Below the pieces are notes generated by a model. The model ran no database searches. It had not been told where the DNA came from and saw only the letters and a program-made list of their open reading frames with translations. From assembly GCF_044704955.1 (NCBI RefSeq), contig NC_091980.1, forward strand, positions 266,290,001-266,354,000: DNA of 64,000 nt, given 5' to 3'. Positions 40,512 through 52,389 of the stretch are shown in pieces; position 1 is the first letter of the stretch; each line of letters begins with the position of its first letter. A program made the translations under genes and the position numbers. Source of the stretch: Pristiophorus japonicus. Its lineage: Eukaryota.

Positions 40512-41670
40512 CTTTTTTATTCATTCACGGGATGTAGGGGTCACTGGCAAGGCCGGCATTTATTGCCCATCCCTAATTGCCCATCCCTAATTGAGAAGGT
40601 GGTGGTGAGCTGACTTGAACCGCTGCAGTCCGTGTGGTGAAGGTACTCCCACAGTGCTATTAGGGAGGGAGTTTCAGGATTTCAACCCACAACGATATAT
40701 TTCCAAGTCAGGATGATGAGCCACTTGCAGGTGATGGCATTCCCATGCCGCTGCAACCCTTGTCTTTCTTGTTGGTAGAGGTCTCGGGAAGTGCTGTCGA
40801 AGAAGCCATGGCAAGTTGCTGGAGTGCATCTAGTAGATGACACACAGCAGCCACATTGCGCTGCTGATGGAGAGAGTGAATGTTTAAGATGGTGGATGGG
40901 ATACCAATCAAGCGGGCTGCTTTGTTCTGGATGGTATCAAGCTTCGAGTGTTGTTAGAGCTACACCCATCCAGACAAGTGGAGAGTATTCCATCACACTC
41001 CTGACTCGTCCCTTGTGCAATTGGTGGAAAGGCTTTGGGGAATCAGGACGCGAGTCACTCGCCGCAGAAGATCCAGCCTCTGACCTGCTCTTGTTGACAC
41101 AGTATTAATGTGGCTGGTCCAGTTAAGTTTCTGGTCAATGGTGATCCCCCCCCCCGGATGTTGATGGTGGGGGATTCAATGATGGTAAGGCTATTGAATG
41201 TCAAGGATAGTTGGTTAGACTCTCTTTTGTTAGAGATGGTCATTGGCTGGCATTTGTGTGACACAAATGTTACTTGCCACTTATCAGCCCAAGCCTGGAT
41301 GTTATTCAAGTCTTGCCGCATGTGGGCATGGACTGCTTCCTTATCTGAGGAGTTGCAAATGGAACTGAACACTGTACAATCATCACTTGTATAATCAGCA
41401 GCGTACATTCCCACTTCTGACTTTATGATAGAGAGGAGGACATTGATGAAGCAGCTGAATATGGTTGGACCCAGAGAAACTCCCACAGCAACACCCGGTG
41501 GCTGAGATGATTGGCCTCCAACAACCATAATCATCTTCCTTTGTGCTAGGTATTACTCCAGCTAGTGAAGCGTTTTCCCCCGATCCCTATTGACTTCAAT
41601 TTTACTAGAGCTCCTTGGTGCCACACGGTCAAATGCTGCCTTGAATTCAAGGGCAATCACTCTCACTTGA
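40512..41670 (-). mobile_element. CR1/L2-group LINE (same lineage as 33350-35700), RT to 3' end
   Basis: LGPTIFSCFIN and QDLNNIQAWADKWQVTF; 3' end GGGCAATTAGGGATGGGCAATAAATG. Confidence 0.8.
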
Positions 41671-42772
41671 ACATTCCAGTGATTTAGCCCCAACTATGTG
41701 AGAAATTTAATCCAAATAACCAGGTTAGACCAGAGGCATCCACTACCACTTGAAAATGTAAGATTGAGGATAATGTTTTGAGTTAATACTGTCCTTTCTT
41801 CTCTAGTATATAGCTTTCCAAAACTAGAAATGCTCTGGCAATAATCAAATAGGTAAAAGTGGAACCAAACAAGGGCAGTCCCACTGAACTAGACAATAGA
41901 GGAGAGGCATTGGTAGAGGCTAGTGTGTTCAACCAGTCAACGATTGGAAAGAAGTTGAGGAGGGAATATGCACCATGGTCCCAGTCAGAGAGGATGTAGT
42001 TTGTGACTTTCGTTAGGACCATTTCAGTACGATTGCAGGGGCAGAAACCGGTTGGAGATTCAAACAGGAAGTTGCGGGAAAGATGGGCATGCATTTGGGA
42101 GGCTACATGTTCAAGGATTTGAGAGGAAAAGGAGATTGGATGATAATTTACCTTGAATTTCCACTGTCTTCAGCTTAACTGATAACGACTTTAAAAAAAA
42201 AACTAGACAGAACCATTTACTAGTTTCATGGTGTACAGTAATCAGTTGCTCAGTAATTTCAATATTTAAAAGCTTTTAAAATGTGCCCATTAGTGTCCTT
42301 ACACCTTAAAACAAACAGCATAATTTTAAAAGCCTCCTCAAAAGCCTGCAAACAGGCGCAATTAGTGGAAACTCGCCATGATGATTAATTCGATCTGGGA
42401 GCTTGAACAGTTTTGTGGGCAAGGGCTGGCATCAAGCTCGAGATCGGAAAATACTTTGATTAAAAACCCATTGCATAATACAGTAGAGAACCAAAACAAA
42501 TACAGAAAGTCCAGATGAGATCTAAAAAAAAAGAGAAGAGGGGCAAAGAGAGGGTACGAGAATAGATTACAGGTAGTAGCTAAAATAAAAAGGAACTCAA
42601 AAGTCATTTCTAAACATACAAGTAGTAAAAGTCAGAAGAAGGGTGGGACCGATTAGGGACCAAAAAGGAGATCTTCTTGTGGAGATAGAGGGCATGGCTG
42701 AGGTACTGAATGAGTACTTGGCATCTGCCTTCACTAAAGAGGATGCTGCCAATGTAGCAGTACATAAGAACA

Positions 42773-44398
42773 TAAGAATTAGGAACAGGAGTAGGCCATC
42801 TAGCCCCTCGAGCCTGCTCCGCCACTCAACAAGATCATGACTGATCTGGCCGTGGACTCAGCTCCACTTACCCGCCCGCTCCCCATAACCCTTAATTCCC
42901 TTATTGGTTAAAAATCTATCTATCTGTGATTTGAATACATTCAATGAGCTAGCCTCAACTGCTTCCTTGGGCAGAGAATTCCACAGATTCACAACCCTCT
43001 GGGAGAAGAAATACCTTCGCAACTCAGTTTTAAATTGGCTCCCCCGTATTTTGAGGCTGTGCCCCCTAGTTCTAGTCTCCCCGACCAGGGGAAACAACCT
43101 CTCTGCCTCTATCTTGTCTATCCATTTCATTATTTTAAATGTTTCTATAAGATCACCCCTCATCCTTCTGAACTCCAACGAGTAAAGACCCAGTCTACTC
43201 AATCTATCATCATAAGGTAACCCCCTCATCTCTGGAATCAGCCTCGTGAATCGTCTCTGTACCTAGTATATCCTTCCTTAAATAAGGTGACCAAAACTGC
43301 ACGCAATACTCCAGGTGCGGCCTCACCAATACCCTGTACAGTTGCAGCAGGACCTCCCTGCTTTTGTACTCCATCCCTCTCGCAATGAAGGCCAACATTC
43401 CATTCGCCTTCCTGATTACCTGCTGCACCTGCAAACTAACATTTTGGGATTTATGCACAAGGTGCACGCGGTGTCCACCGGTACGCTCGCGGCCTTCCGC
43501 GAGAGGTGGGCGCCGGAGGGACTGGAGTGCATCGTTACCCCCGGCAACCAAATTTTTATTTGATTTTATATGTTTTAAAGTCTAATTTATTTTAAATGCC
43601 GGTTTTAGAGTCCCCCTCCCCTTTTATAGAGGGAACTTGAAAAAATATGATTTTAGTGCCCAAAAAAATGTTTTTAAAAACACACAAAAAAGGGCCTCGA
43701 AAAATATTTGGAGTGTCCCCCAGATCGGGGGGCACTTGATTTAATGTTTATTTTGTACTCCCCAAAAAGAGTTGTGGAGCTGTTGGAGGCGTGGCCTAAT
43801 CATTTGGAGCCTGGAGCAGTGAGGGAAGGAGCTCCCTGCTTGAGCTCCTGCCTGGAGGCCTGTGGAGAACCCCGAGACCAGCCCAGGAAGAGGAGGAAGG
43901 GGCTTAGTACAATATTTCATGCACAAGAACCCCCAGGTCCCTCTGCATCGCAGCATGTTGTAATTTCTCCCCATTCAAATAATATTCCCTTTTACTGTTT
44001 TTTTTCCCCCCCAAAAGGTGGATGACCTCACATTTTCCGACATTGCATTCCATCTGCCAAACCTTAGCCCATTCACTTAACCTATCTAAATCTCTTTGCA
44101 GCCTCTCTCCACCATGCTCGTTATATCGTCAAAGAATTCCAGTAAATTAGTTAAACATGATTTCCCCTTCATGAATCCATGTTGCGTCTGCTTGATTGCA
44201 TTATTCCTATCCAGATGTCCCGCTATTTCTTCCTTAATGATAGCTTCAAGCATTTTCAACACTACAGATGTTAAACTAACCAGCCTATAGTTACCTGCCT
44301 TTTGTCTGCCCCCTTTTTTTAAACAGAGGTGTTACATTAGCTGCTTTCCAATCCGATGGCACCTCCCCAGAGTCCAGAGAATTTGGTAGATTATAACG
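42773..44398 (-). mobile_element. Young CR1 fragment with an internal deletion and an L1/Tx1 insertion
   Basis: RT C-terminal ORFs; CATAAGAA repeat (reverse complement of the tail) at 42773. Confidence 0.88.
43462..43914 (+). mobile_element. L1/Tx1-like LINE 3' end with extra downstream sequence
   Basis: HAVSTGTLAAFRERWAPEGLECIVTPGNQIFI-stop then AT-rich UTR; flanked by ATGCACAAG duplication. Confidence 0.7.
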
Positions 44399-45127
44399 AA
44401 AGCAGGATGTAGTGATGTTGGACAGGATAAAAAATAAAGGGAAGATACTTAAAAAGGTTGGCAATACTCAAATTAGAAAGGTCAACTTATCCAGATGTGA
44501 TGCATCCTAGGATACCAAGGGAAGTAAGGATGGAAATTGCGGAGGCTCTGGCCACAATCTTACAATCGTCTTTAGATATGAGGGAGGTGCCAGAGAACTG
44601 TAAATCCAACACCCCCATTTAAAAAATGAGAGGGTTAAAGCTGGCAACCAAAGGCCAGTACGTCTAATGTCAGTGGAGGGAAAACTACAAAAGACATTAG
44701 TCCGGAACAAAATTAATTGGCACTTGGAAAAGTATGGGCTAATTAATGAAAGTCAGCATGGATTTGTTAAAAGTAAATCGTGTTTGACTAACTTGATTGA
44801 GTTATTTGATGAAGTGACAGAGAGGGTTGATGAGGAGTGTGGTTGTTGTTGTGTATGTGGATTTTCAAAAGACATTTGACATCGTACCACATAATGGACT
44901 TGTAAGCAAAATGAGAGGCTATGGGATTAACGGGACAGTGGCAGCATCGATATGAAAATGGCTAAGGGACAGAAAGCAGAACGTAGTGGTGAATGGTTGT
45001 TTTTCAGACTGGACACAAGTATACAATGGTGTTCCCCAGGGGTCAGTATTAGGACCACTTCTCTTTCTGATATACACTAATGACGTGAACTTAGTTTCAG
45101 CATGGCGGCCCCGACATGCGAGAGACC

Positions 45128-47754
45128 ATCAATATGCATATAGATTGGGCTAACCAAACTGGAAGCAATACAGTGGAGGAGAATTTCCTGGAGTGCATAA
45201 GGGATGGTTTTCTAGACCAATATGTCGAGGAACCAACTAGGGGGGAGGCCATCTTAGACTGGGTGTTGTGTAATGAGAGAGGATTCATTAGCAATCTCGT
45301 TATGCGAGGCCCCTTGGGGAAGAGTGACCATAATATGGTGGAATGGAGAATGAAACAGTTAATTCCGAGACCATGGTCCAGAACTTAAGGAAGGGTAACT
45401 TTGAAGGTATGAGGCGTGAATTGGCTAGGATAGATTGGCGAATGATACTTAAGGGATTGACAGTGGATGGGCAATGGCAGACATTTAGAGACCGCATGGA
45501 TGAAGTACAACAATTGTACATCCCTGTCTGGCGTAAAAATAAAAAAGGGAAGGTGGCTCAACCGTGACTATCAAGGGAAATCAGGGATAGTATTAAAGCC
45601 ACGGAAGTGGCATACAAATTGGCCAGAAATAGCAGCGAACCCGGGGACTGGGAGAAATTTAGAACTCAGCAGAGGAGGACAGAGGGTTTGATTAGGGCAG
45701 GGAAAATAGAGTACGAGAGGAAGCTTGCAGGGAACATTAAAACGGACTGCAAAAGTTTCTATAGATATGTAAAGAGAAAAAGGTTAGTAAAGACAAACGT
45801 AGGTCCCCTGCAGTCAGAATCAGGGGAAGTCATAACGGGGAACAAAGAAATGGCAGACCAATTGAACAAGTACTTTGGGTCGGTATTCACTAAGGAGGAC
45901 ACAAACAACCTTCCGGATATAAAAGGGGTCAGAGGGTCTAGTAAGGAGGAACTGAAGGAAATCCATTAGTCGGGAAATTGTGTTGGGGAAATTGATGGGA
46001 TTGAAGGCCGATAAATCCCCAGGACCTGATGGTCTGCATCCCAGAGTACTTAAGGAGGTGGCCTTGGAAATAGCGGATGCATTGACAGTCATTTTCCAAC
46101 ATTCCATAGACTCTGGATCAGTTCCTATGGAGTGGAGGGTAGCCAATGTAACCCCACTTTTTAAAAAAGGAGAGAGAAAACAGGGAATTATAGACCAGTC
46201 AACCTGACATCGGTAGTGGGTAAAATGATGGAATCAATTATTAAGGATGTCATAGCAGCGCATTTGGAACGAGGTGACATGATAGGTCCAAGTCAGCATG
46301 GATTTGTGAAAGGGAAATCATGCTTGACAAACCTTCTGGAATTTTTTGAGGATGTTTCCAGTAGAGTGGACAAAGGAGAACCAGTTGATGTGGTGTATTT
46401 GGACTTTCAGAAGGCTTTCGACAAGGTCCCACACAAGAGATTAGTGTGCAAAGTTAAAGCACATGGGATTGGGGGTAGAGTGCTGACATGGATTGAGAAC
46501 TGGTTGGCAAACAGGAAGCAAAGAGTCGGAGTAAATGGGTAGTTTTCAGAATAGCAGGCAGTGACTAGTGGGGTACCGCAAAGTTCTGTGCTGGGGCCCC
46601 AGCTCTTTACATTGTACATTAATGATTTAGACGAGGGGATTAAATATAGTATCTCCAAATTTGCGGATGACACTAAGTTGGGTGGCAGTGTGAGCTGCGA
46701 GGAGGATACTATGAGGCTGCAGAGTGACTTGGATAGGTTAGGTGAGTGAGCAAATGCATGGCAGATGAAGTATAATGTGGATAAATGTGAGGTTATCCAC
46801 TTGGGTGGTAAAAACAGAGAGACAGACTATTATCTGAATGGTGACAGATTAGGAAAAGGGGAGGTGCAACGAAACCTGGGTGTCATGGTACATCAGTCAT
46901 TCTATAGTCCTTACTACTCGGGGGAACAAGGGGTATGGCGAGAAAGCAGGAAGGGGGTACTGAAGTTTCATGTTCAGCCATGAACTCATTGAATGGCGGT
47001 GCAGGCTAGAAGGGCTGAATGGCCTACCCCTGCACCTATTTTCTATGTTTCTATGTTTCTATGAAGGTTGGCATGCAGGTACAGCAGGCGGTTAAGAAAG
47101 CAAATGGCATGTTGGCCTTCGTAGCGAGGGGATTTGAGCACAGGGGCAGGGAGGTGTTACTACAGTTGTACAGGGTCTGGTGAGGCCACACCTGGAGTAT
47201 TGTGTACAGTTTTGGTCTCCTGACTTGAGGAAGGACATTCTTGCTATTGAGGGAGTGCAGCGAAGGTTCACTAGACTGATTCCAGGATGGCGGGACTGAC
47301 ATATCAAGAAAGACTGGATCAACTGGGCGTGTATTCACTGGAATTCAGAAGAATGAGAGGGGATCTCATAGAAACGTTTAAAATTCTGACGGGTTTAGAC
47401 ATGTTAGATGCAGGAAGAATGTTCCCAATGTTGGGGAAGTCCATAACCAGAGGTCACAGTCCAAGGATAAGGGGTAAGCCATTTAGGACCGAGATGAGGA
47501 GAAACTTCTTCACCCAGAGAGTGGTGAACCTGTGGAATTCTCTACCACAGAAAGTTGTTGAGGCCAATTCACTAAATATATTCAAAAAGGAGTTAGATGT
47601 AGTCCTTACTACTCGGGGGATCAAGGGGTATGGCGAGAAATCAGGAATGGGGTACTGAAGTTGCATGTTCAGCCATGAACTCATTGAATGGCGGTGCAGG
47701 CTCGAAGGGCCTAATGGCCTACTCCTGCACCTATTTTCTATGTTTCTATGTTTC
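45128..47754 (+). mobile_element. Young CR1 LINE (same subfamily as 2667-4461 and 17371-20865), 5'-truncated within APE
   Basis: Near-identical ORF2 translations; (TTTCTATG)n tail; internal 3'-end insertion at about 46901-47062. Confidence 0.95.
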
Positions 47755-49302
47755 TAGTAGCAGGTCGGGGCTATAACAGGAGCGGTGGCCATGAGCAACG
47801 TGGCAGCGTGCCACTTCAAGGTACAGTGCAAGCTGGCGCAGGAGGGCGACGGCAGCGAAGAGGGATGTCATCAAGGTCCAGGTCGGTGATTGGAGCGTGG
47901 GCAGGTATAGCAGGGTCGGGGCAAAGGAGCGGTGAGAGAATGTAGAGGGATGTGATCGGGACCCGGGAGAGGCACGAGTTCGGAGCCAGAAGAGGCAAGG
48001 GCCCAGGGGCAGCACAGACCTGCCCACACTGCGATGTGTGTGCACACTAGGCACATGTAACAGAGCAGGTCTCGAGTGGTCTTGGGTAATCCTTGCCACT
48101 GGACCAAGACCTAGCTCTGTCAAGCCAGTGTGGTGGCTGGTGTGCAACGGCCACCACACGTTTAAAAAAAAATCCACGCACAGGCATCTTCTACTCTTCA
48201 AGATGTAGTTTGGGATCTGGAATATTAGGTCCTTCATTGAATCATCATCATAGGCAGTCCCTCGGAATCAAGGAAGACTTGCTTCCACTCTTAGAATGAC
48301 TCCTTAGGTGGCTGAACAGTCCAATACAAGAGCCACAATCCCTGCCATATGTGGGACAGACAGTCATTGAGCATAAGGGAGTGTGGGACAGGTTTGCTGC
48401 ACGTTCTTTTTGCTGCCTGCGCTTGTTTTCTGCATGGTCTCGGCGATGAGACTTGAGACACTCAGCACCCTCCCAGATGCACTTCCTCCACTTAGGCCAG
48501 GGACTCCCAGGTGTCGGTGGGGATGTTGCACTTTATCAGGGAGGCTTTGAGGGTGTCCTTGTAACGTTTCTTCTGTCCACCTTTGGCTCGTATGCCATGA
48601 ATATTCAGAGTAGAGCGCTTTGGGAGTCTTGTGTCTGGCATGCGGACAATGTGGCCTGCCCAACGGAGCTGATCAAGTGTGGTCGGTGCTTCAATGCTGG
48701 GGATGTTTTTCTGAACGAGGACATTAATGTTGGTGCGTCTGTCCTCCCAGGGGATTTGTAGGATCTTGCGGCGGCATCGTTGGTGGTATTTCTCCAGCGA
48801 CTGGAGGTGTCTACTGTACACGGTCCATGTCTCTGAACCATACAGGAGGGTGGGTATTACTACAGCCCTGTAGACCATGAGCTTGGTGGTAGATTTAAGG
48901 GCCTGGTCTTTGAACACTCTTTTCCTCAGGCGGCCGAAGGCTGCGCTGGCTCACTGGAGGAGGTGTTGAATCTCCTCATCAATGTCTGCCTTTGTTGATA
49001 AAAGTCTTCCGAGGTATGGGAAATGGTCCACGCACCGTGGATCTTGATGACTTGCTTCCATGCCAAAAAGGGATGAATCTACACTGTGACTCCAGGAGGA
49101 GCTCCTCAGCCACAGGGAGAAGACGGTTGAGGTGGACCCTAGCGACAACTTTCCCAGTGGCTGATAGCAGGGAGATTCCTCTGTAGTTGCCGCAGTCGGA
49201 CTTGTCCCCTTTTTTATTGAAGCACCTGTGAACTCATCCCTTTTTGGCATGGAAGCAAGTCATCCTCGTTGCGAGGGACTGCCTATGATGATGATGATGA
49301 TG
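47755..49302 (+). mobile_element. GC-rich non-autonomous RTE-tailed element, interrupted by an RTE LINE (48242-49215)
   Basis: 3' part matches 21735-22001 across the interruption; (GAT)n tail. Confidence 0.7.
48242..49040 (-). mobile_element. RTE LINE 3' fragment
   Basis: DHFPYLG, LLYGSETW, QLRWAGHIVRMPDTRLPK, GGQKKRYKDTLK. Confidence 0.9.
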
Positions 49303-50539
49303 ATCTTGGGTATATAATGCAAAATTTAAAAGTTTGCAGATAACATGAAACTCGTAATGCAGTGAACAATGGAGGAGGATAGTAAGAGACATCAGGAGGA
49401 CATACATGAACTGGTGAAATGGGAAGACATTTGGCAGATGAAATTTAACACAGAGGTGTGAAGAATGAGAGAGAATATAAACTAAATGGTATAATTTTAA
49501 ACAGGGTGCAGGAACAGAGAGATCTAGAAGAGTATGTACACAAATCTTTGATGGTGGCAGGACAAGTTGAGAAAGCGGTTCAAAAAAGCATATGGGATCC
49601 TTGGCTTTATTGATAAGAGGCATAGAATACAAAAGCAAGGAAGTTATGCTAGACCTTTAAGTCTGGTTAAACCTCACCTGAAGTATTGTGTTTAATTCTG
49701 GGCACCACACTTTCGGAAGGATGTCAAGACTATTAAGAGGGTGCAGAAAAGATTTACTAGACTGGTACCAGGGATGAGGGACTTCAGTTATGTGGAGAGA
49801 CTGGAGAAGCTGGAGTTGTTCTCCTTAAAGCATAGAAGGTGAAGAGGAGATTTAATAGGAGGTGTTCAAAATCATGATAGGTTTTAATAAGAGTAAATAA
49901 AGAGAAACTGTTTTCAGTGGTAGAAGGGTTGGTAACCGGAGGACACAGATTTAAGGCGATAGGCAAAAGAACTAGAGCCAACATGACAATTAAAAAAACA
50001 CGCAGAGTTGTGATCGGGAATGCATTGCCTGAAAGGGTGGTGGAAGCAGATTCAATAGTATGGAGAGTGGGACTAATTGGATAGCTCTACCAAAGAGCCG
50101 ATTCAGGCGTGATGGGCCGAATGACCTTCTGCTGCATCATTCTAATAGCATTTTGTGAGAAATTGTGTCAAATTGGAGTGCTCTCCACAGTCCAAACGGG
50201 ACATCATTTACCAGCGGAGAAGGTAACTCTCCTTTGTGGAGGCAGCTTGAAAACGATTTTGAAAAAAGTAGGTGGACAGTACCCGAGAAGAGGGAGCAAT
50301 TTACAATGTCACCATGGGCCCATGTAGGGTAGCTGGATGGTCAGCAGTTTCGTGGAAACGGGATCAAGGGAGCAGATGAACTTGGAGTGCGTGAGGGGGA
50401 AGAGGCGGAAGCAATAGTGGTAGCTGAACAGATGGATCCGAGTGACAATAGATGTCAATGCGCTCCTTGCGCTTGTTTTTGGAGGCGAGAATGGAGGGGG
50501 CTGGCAGAGGGACTGAAGGAGTTGCTTGGTTGCGGGATT

Positions 50540-51290
50540 CACAGCAGCAGTTACCTGTCATCTCCGTCATGTGGTCCTGCGGGATGCCCATCACTTTGTA
50601 ACACGCTTCGATCTGCTGAGCGACCAGGGGCTTGGTCGGGGCCATGAATACGATCTTGCCCGAGGGGTACCAGCGGTAGAAGTTGTACATCACCACGGCC
50701 GCGATGAAAGTCTTGCCCAGGCCGGTGGGCAGGCACACCAGCGTGTTGTGGAAAAGCGCGGCCCGGGCCATGTCCATCTGGTAGGTCCGCAGCGGGTAGT
50801 TGCTCGGGTAAATCCACAGGTCGCCGGAGGTCGTGTCGAAGCCGGGGAGGGAGGCGGGCTGGGCCCGGCTGTCGGAGACCGGGGGGCCGGTGGTGGTGGT
50901 GCTGCTGCCGCCGCCGCCCAGGCTTTGCTCAGCCTCAAACACCGCCACCAGCAGCACGTCGTCATCCTCCTCTTCGCCTCCATCCTGCGGAGCGGGAGCG
51001 GCCGCTTCCCTCGGGCCCAGCGGCCGCTGCCTGGGCCTAGGCTCGCCGCCACTCCGGCCCTGGGGCTGGGATAGGGTGGGCTTGGTGCCCCAGCTCTGGA
51101 ACAGCGTCCGCTGCCGCCCGCCACTCATTCGCAAAGCTTCTGTGCGACTTTATTCCGGTGCAGGGCGGGCGCCATGGTTTAACCGCTCGAATCTGCCGCC
51201 TCTCTCTGACGCAGCGAGGTCAAAGGCAAGGCCGCTGTTGCCAGGAAACTAACGGCAGGCTCGCGAGCCCTGGGGTTGTCACTCACAGTG
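50540..51290 (-). promoter_or_regulatory. CpG island / promoter of FANCM
   Basis: Strong GC and CpG enrichment over exon 1 and about 160 nt upstream, with a GC-box-like GGGCGGG near 51163. Confidence 0.75.
50555..51128 (-). CDS. FANCM: Fanconi anemia group M helicase/translocase, coding exon 1
   Basis: MSGGRQRTLFQSWG (PIP-box-like), DDVLLVAVFEAE, WIYPSNYPLRTYQ (Q motif), LPTGLGKT (Walker A), FMAPTKPLVAQQ; donor ACAG|GTAACT; GC/CpG-rich. Confidence 0.95.
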
Positions 51291-51624
51291 TAGGACTGCT
51301 CCTGGGCACGGCCAAGGGTGCCATCAACCGATTCATGTCCTGGCAGCGGGCGGTCGAGGGGGTCGTTCAGCCCGACTGCCTGCCTCTCTTCCACAGTTAC
51401 ATCCGAGCCAAGGTGTCCCTGGAGATGGAGCACGCGGTGTCCACCGGTACGCTCACGGCCTTCCGCGAGAGGTGGGCACCGGAGGGACTGGAGTGCATCA
51501 TCACCCTCGGCAACCAAATTTTAATTTGATCCATTTAATGTTTAAAGTTTAATTTGTGAATCTGTCGGTTTTAGTGCCCCCTTTAATCAAGGGGCACTTG
51601 ATTTATGTTTCAACTAAAAATAGG
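51291..51624 (+). mobile_element. 5'-truncated L1/Tx1-like insertion with a 14-bp target-site duplication
   Basis: GLLLGTAKGAI...FRERWAPEGLECIITLGNQILI-stop; TGTCACTCACAGTG at 51277-51290 and 51625-51638. Confidence 0.85.
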
Positions 51625-51689
51625 TGTCACTCACAGTGCCAGTCGCTCATTGTCAACACCCGAAACTTTAAATTAAGCTTTGCTTAAAG

Positions 51690-52138
51690 TAGCCGTGACT
51701 CTGGGGGTGGACCTCGCGATTTTGATTCAGAAGGTCATGGGTTCGAGTCCCACTCCAGAGACTTGAGCACAAAACTCTAGACTGACACTCCAGTGCAGTG
51801 CTGAGGGAGCGCTGCACTGTCGGAGGTGCCGTTTTTCGGATGAGGTGTTAAACCAAGGCTCCGTTGGCTCTCTTAGGTGGACATAAAAGATCCCATGGCA
51901 CTATTTCGAAGAAGCAAAGTTATCCCGGTGTCCTGGCTAATATTTATCACTCAATCAACATCACTAAAAAAACATTATCTGGTCACTCTCACATTGCTGT
52001 TTGTAGGAGCTTGCTGAGCGCAACTTGGCTGCTGCATTTCCTACATTACAACAGTGACTACTTCATTGGCTATAAAGCGCTTTGGGATGTTCAGTAGTCG
52101 TGAAAGGCACTATATAAATGCAAGTGTATCTTTCTTTT
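51690..52138 (+). mobile_element. tRNA-derived Deu-domain SINE (SacSINE1/AmnSINE-like), near full length
   Basis: B-box GGTTCGAGTCCC at about 51739; Deu-like core GGAGGTGCCG...GGATGAG...AAAGATCCCATGGCACT; 3' GCACTATATAAATGCAAG. Confidence 0.8.
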
Positions 52139-52389
52139 CTGGTTCTTAATTACCTTAAATCTATATCCTCTGGTTACCAACCCTTCTGCCGCTGAAAACA
52201 GGTTTCTCCTTATTTACTCGATCAAAACCCTTCATGATTTCGAACACCTCTTTCAAATCAGCCCATAACCTTCTCAGCTCTAAGGAGAACAACCCCAGCA
52301 ATTCTAGACTATCCACGTAACTAAAATTAAGCAAACACACGTGTTCCCTTGTCAAGGGACACAACTAATAGAACACTAAATCATAAAAC

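Larger units (their letters stand above)
42490..50135 (+). mobile_element. Old CR1 LINE broken into pieces (about 42490-42772, 44400-45092, 49303-50135) by nested insertions
   Basis: ORF2 remnants continue across the insertions: VLNEYLASAFTKED, QHGFVKSKSCLTNL, INDxxLG then KFAD, YCVxFWAPHFRKDV. Confidence 0.75.

Noticed and set aside
50526-51252. Several long overlapping ORFs on both strands
   Set aside because: Shadow frames of GC-rich FANCM exon 1
51690-51760. tRNA gene
   Set aside because: The B-box belongs to the head of a SINE, with no complete cloverleaf
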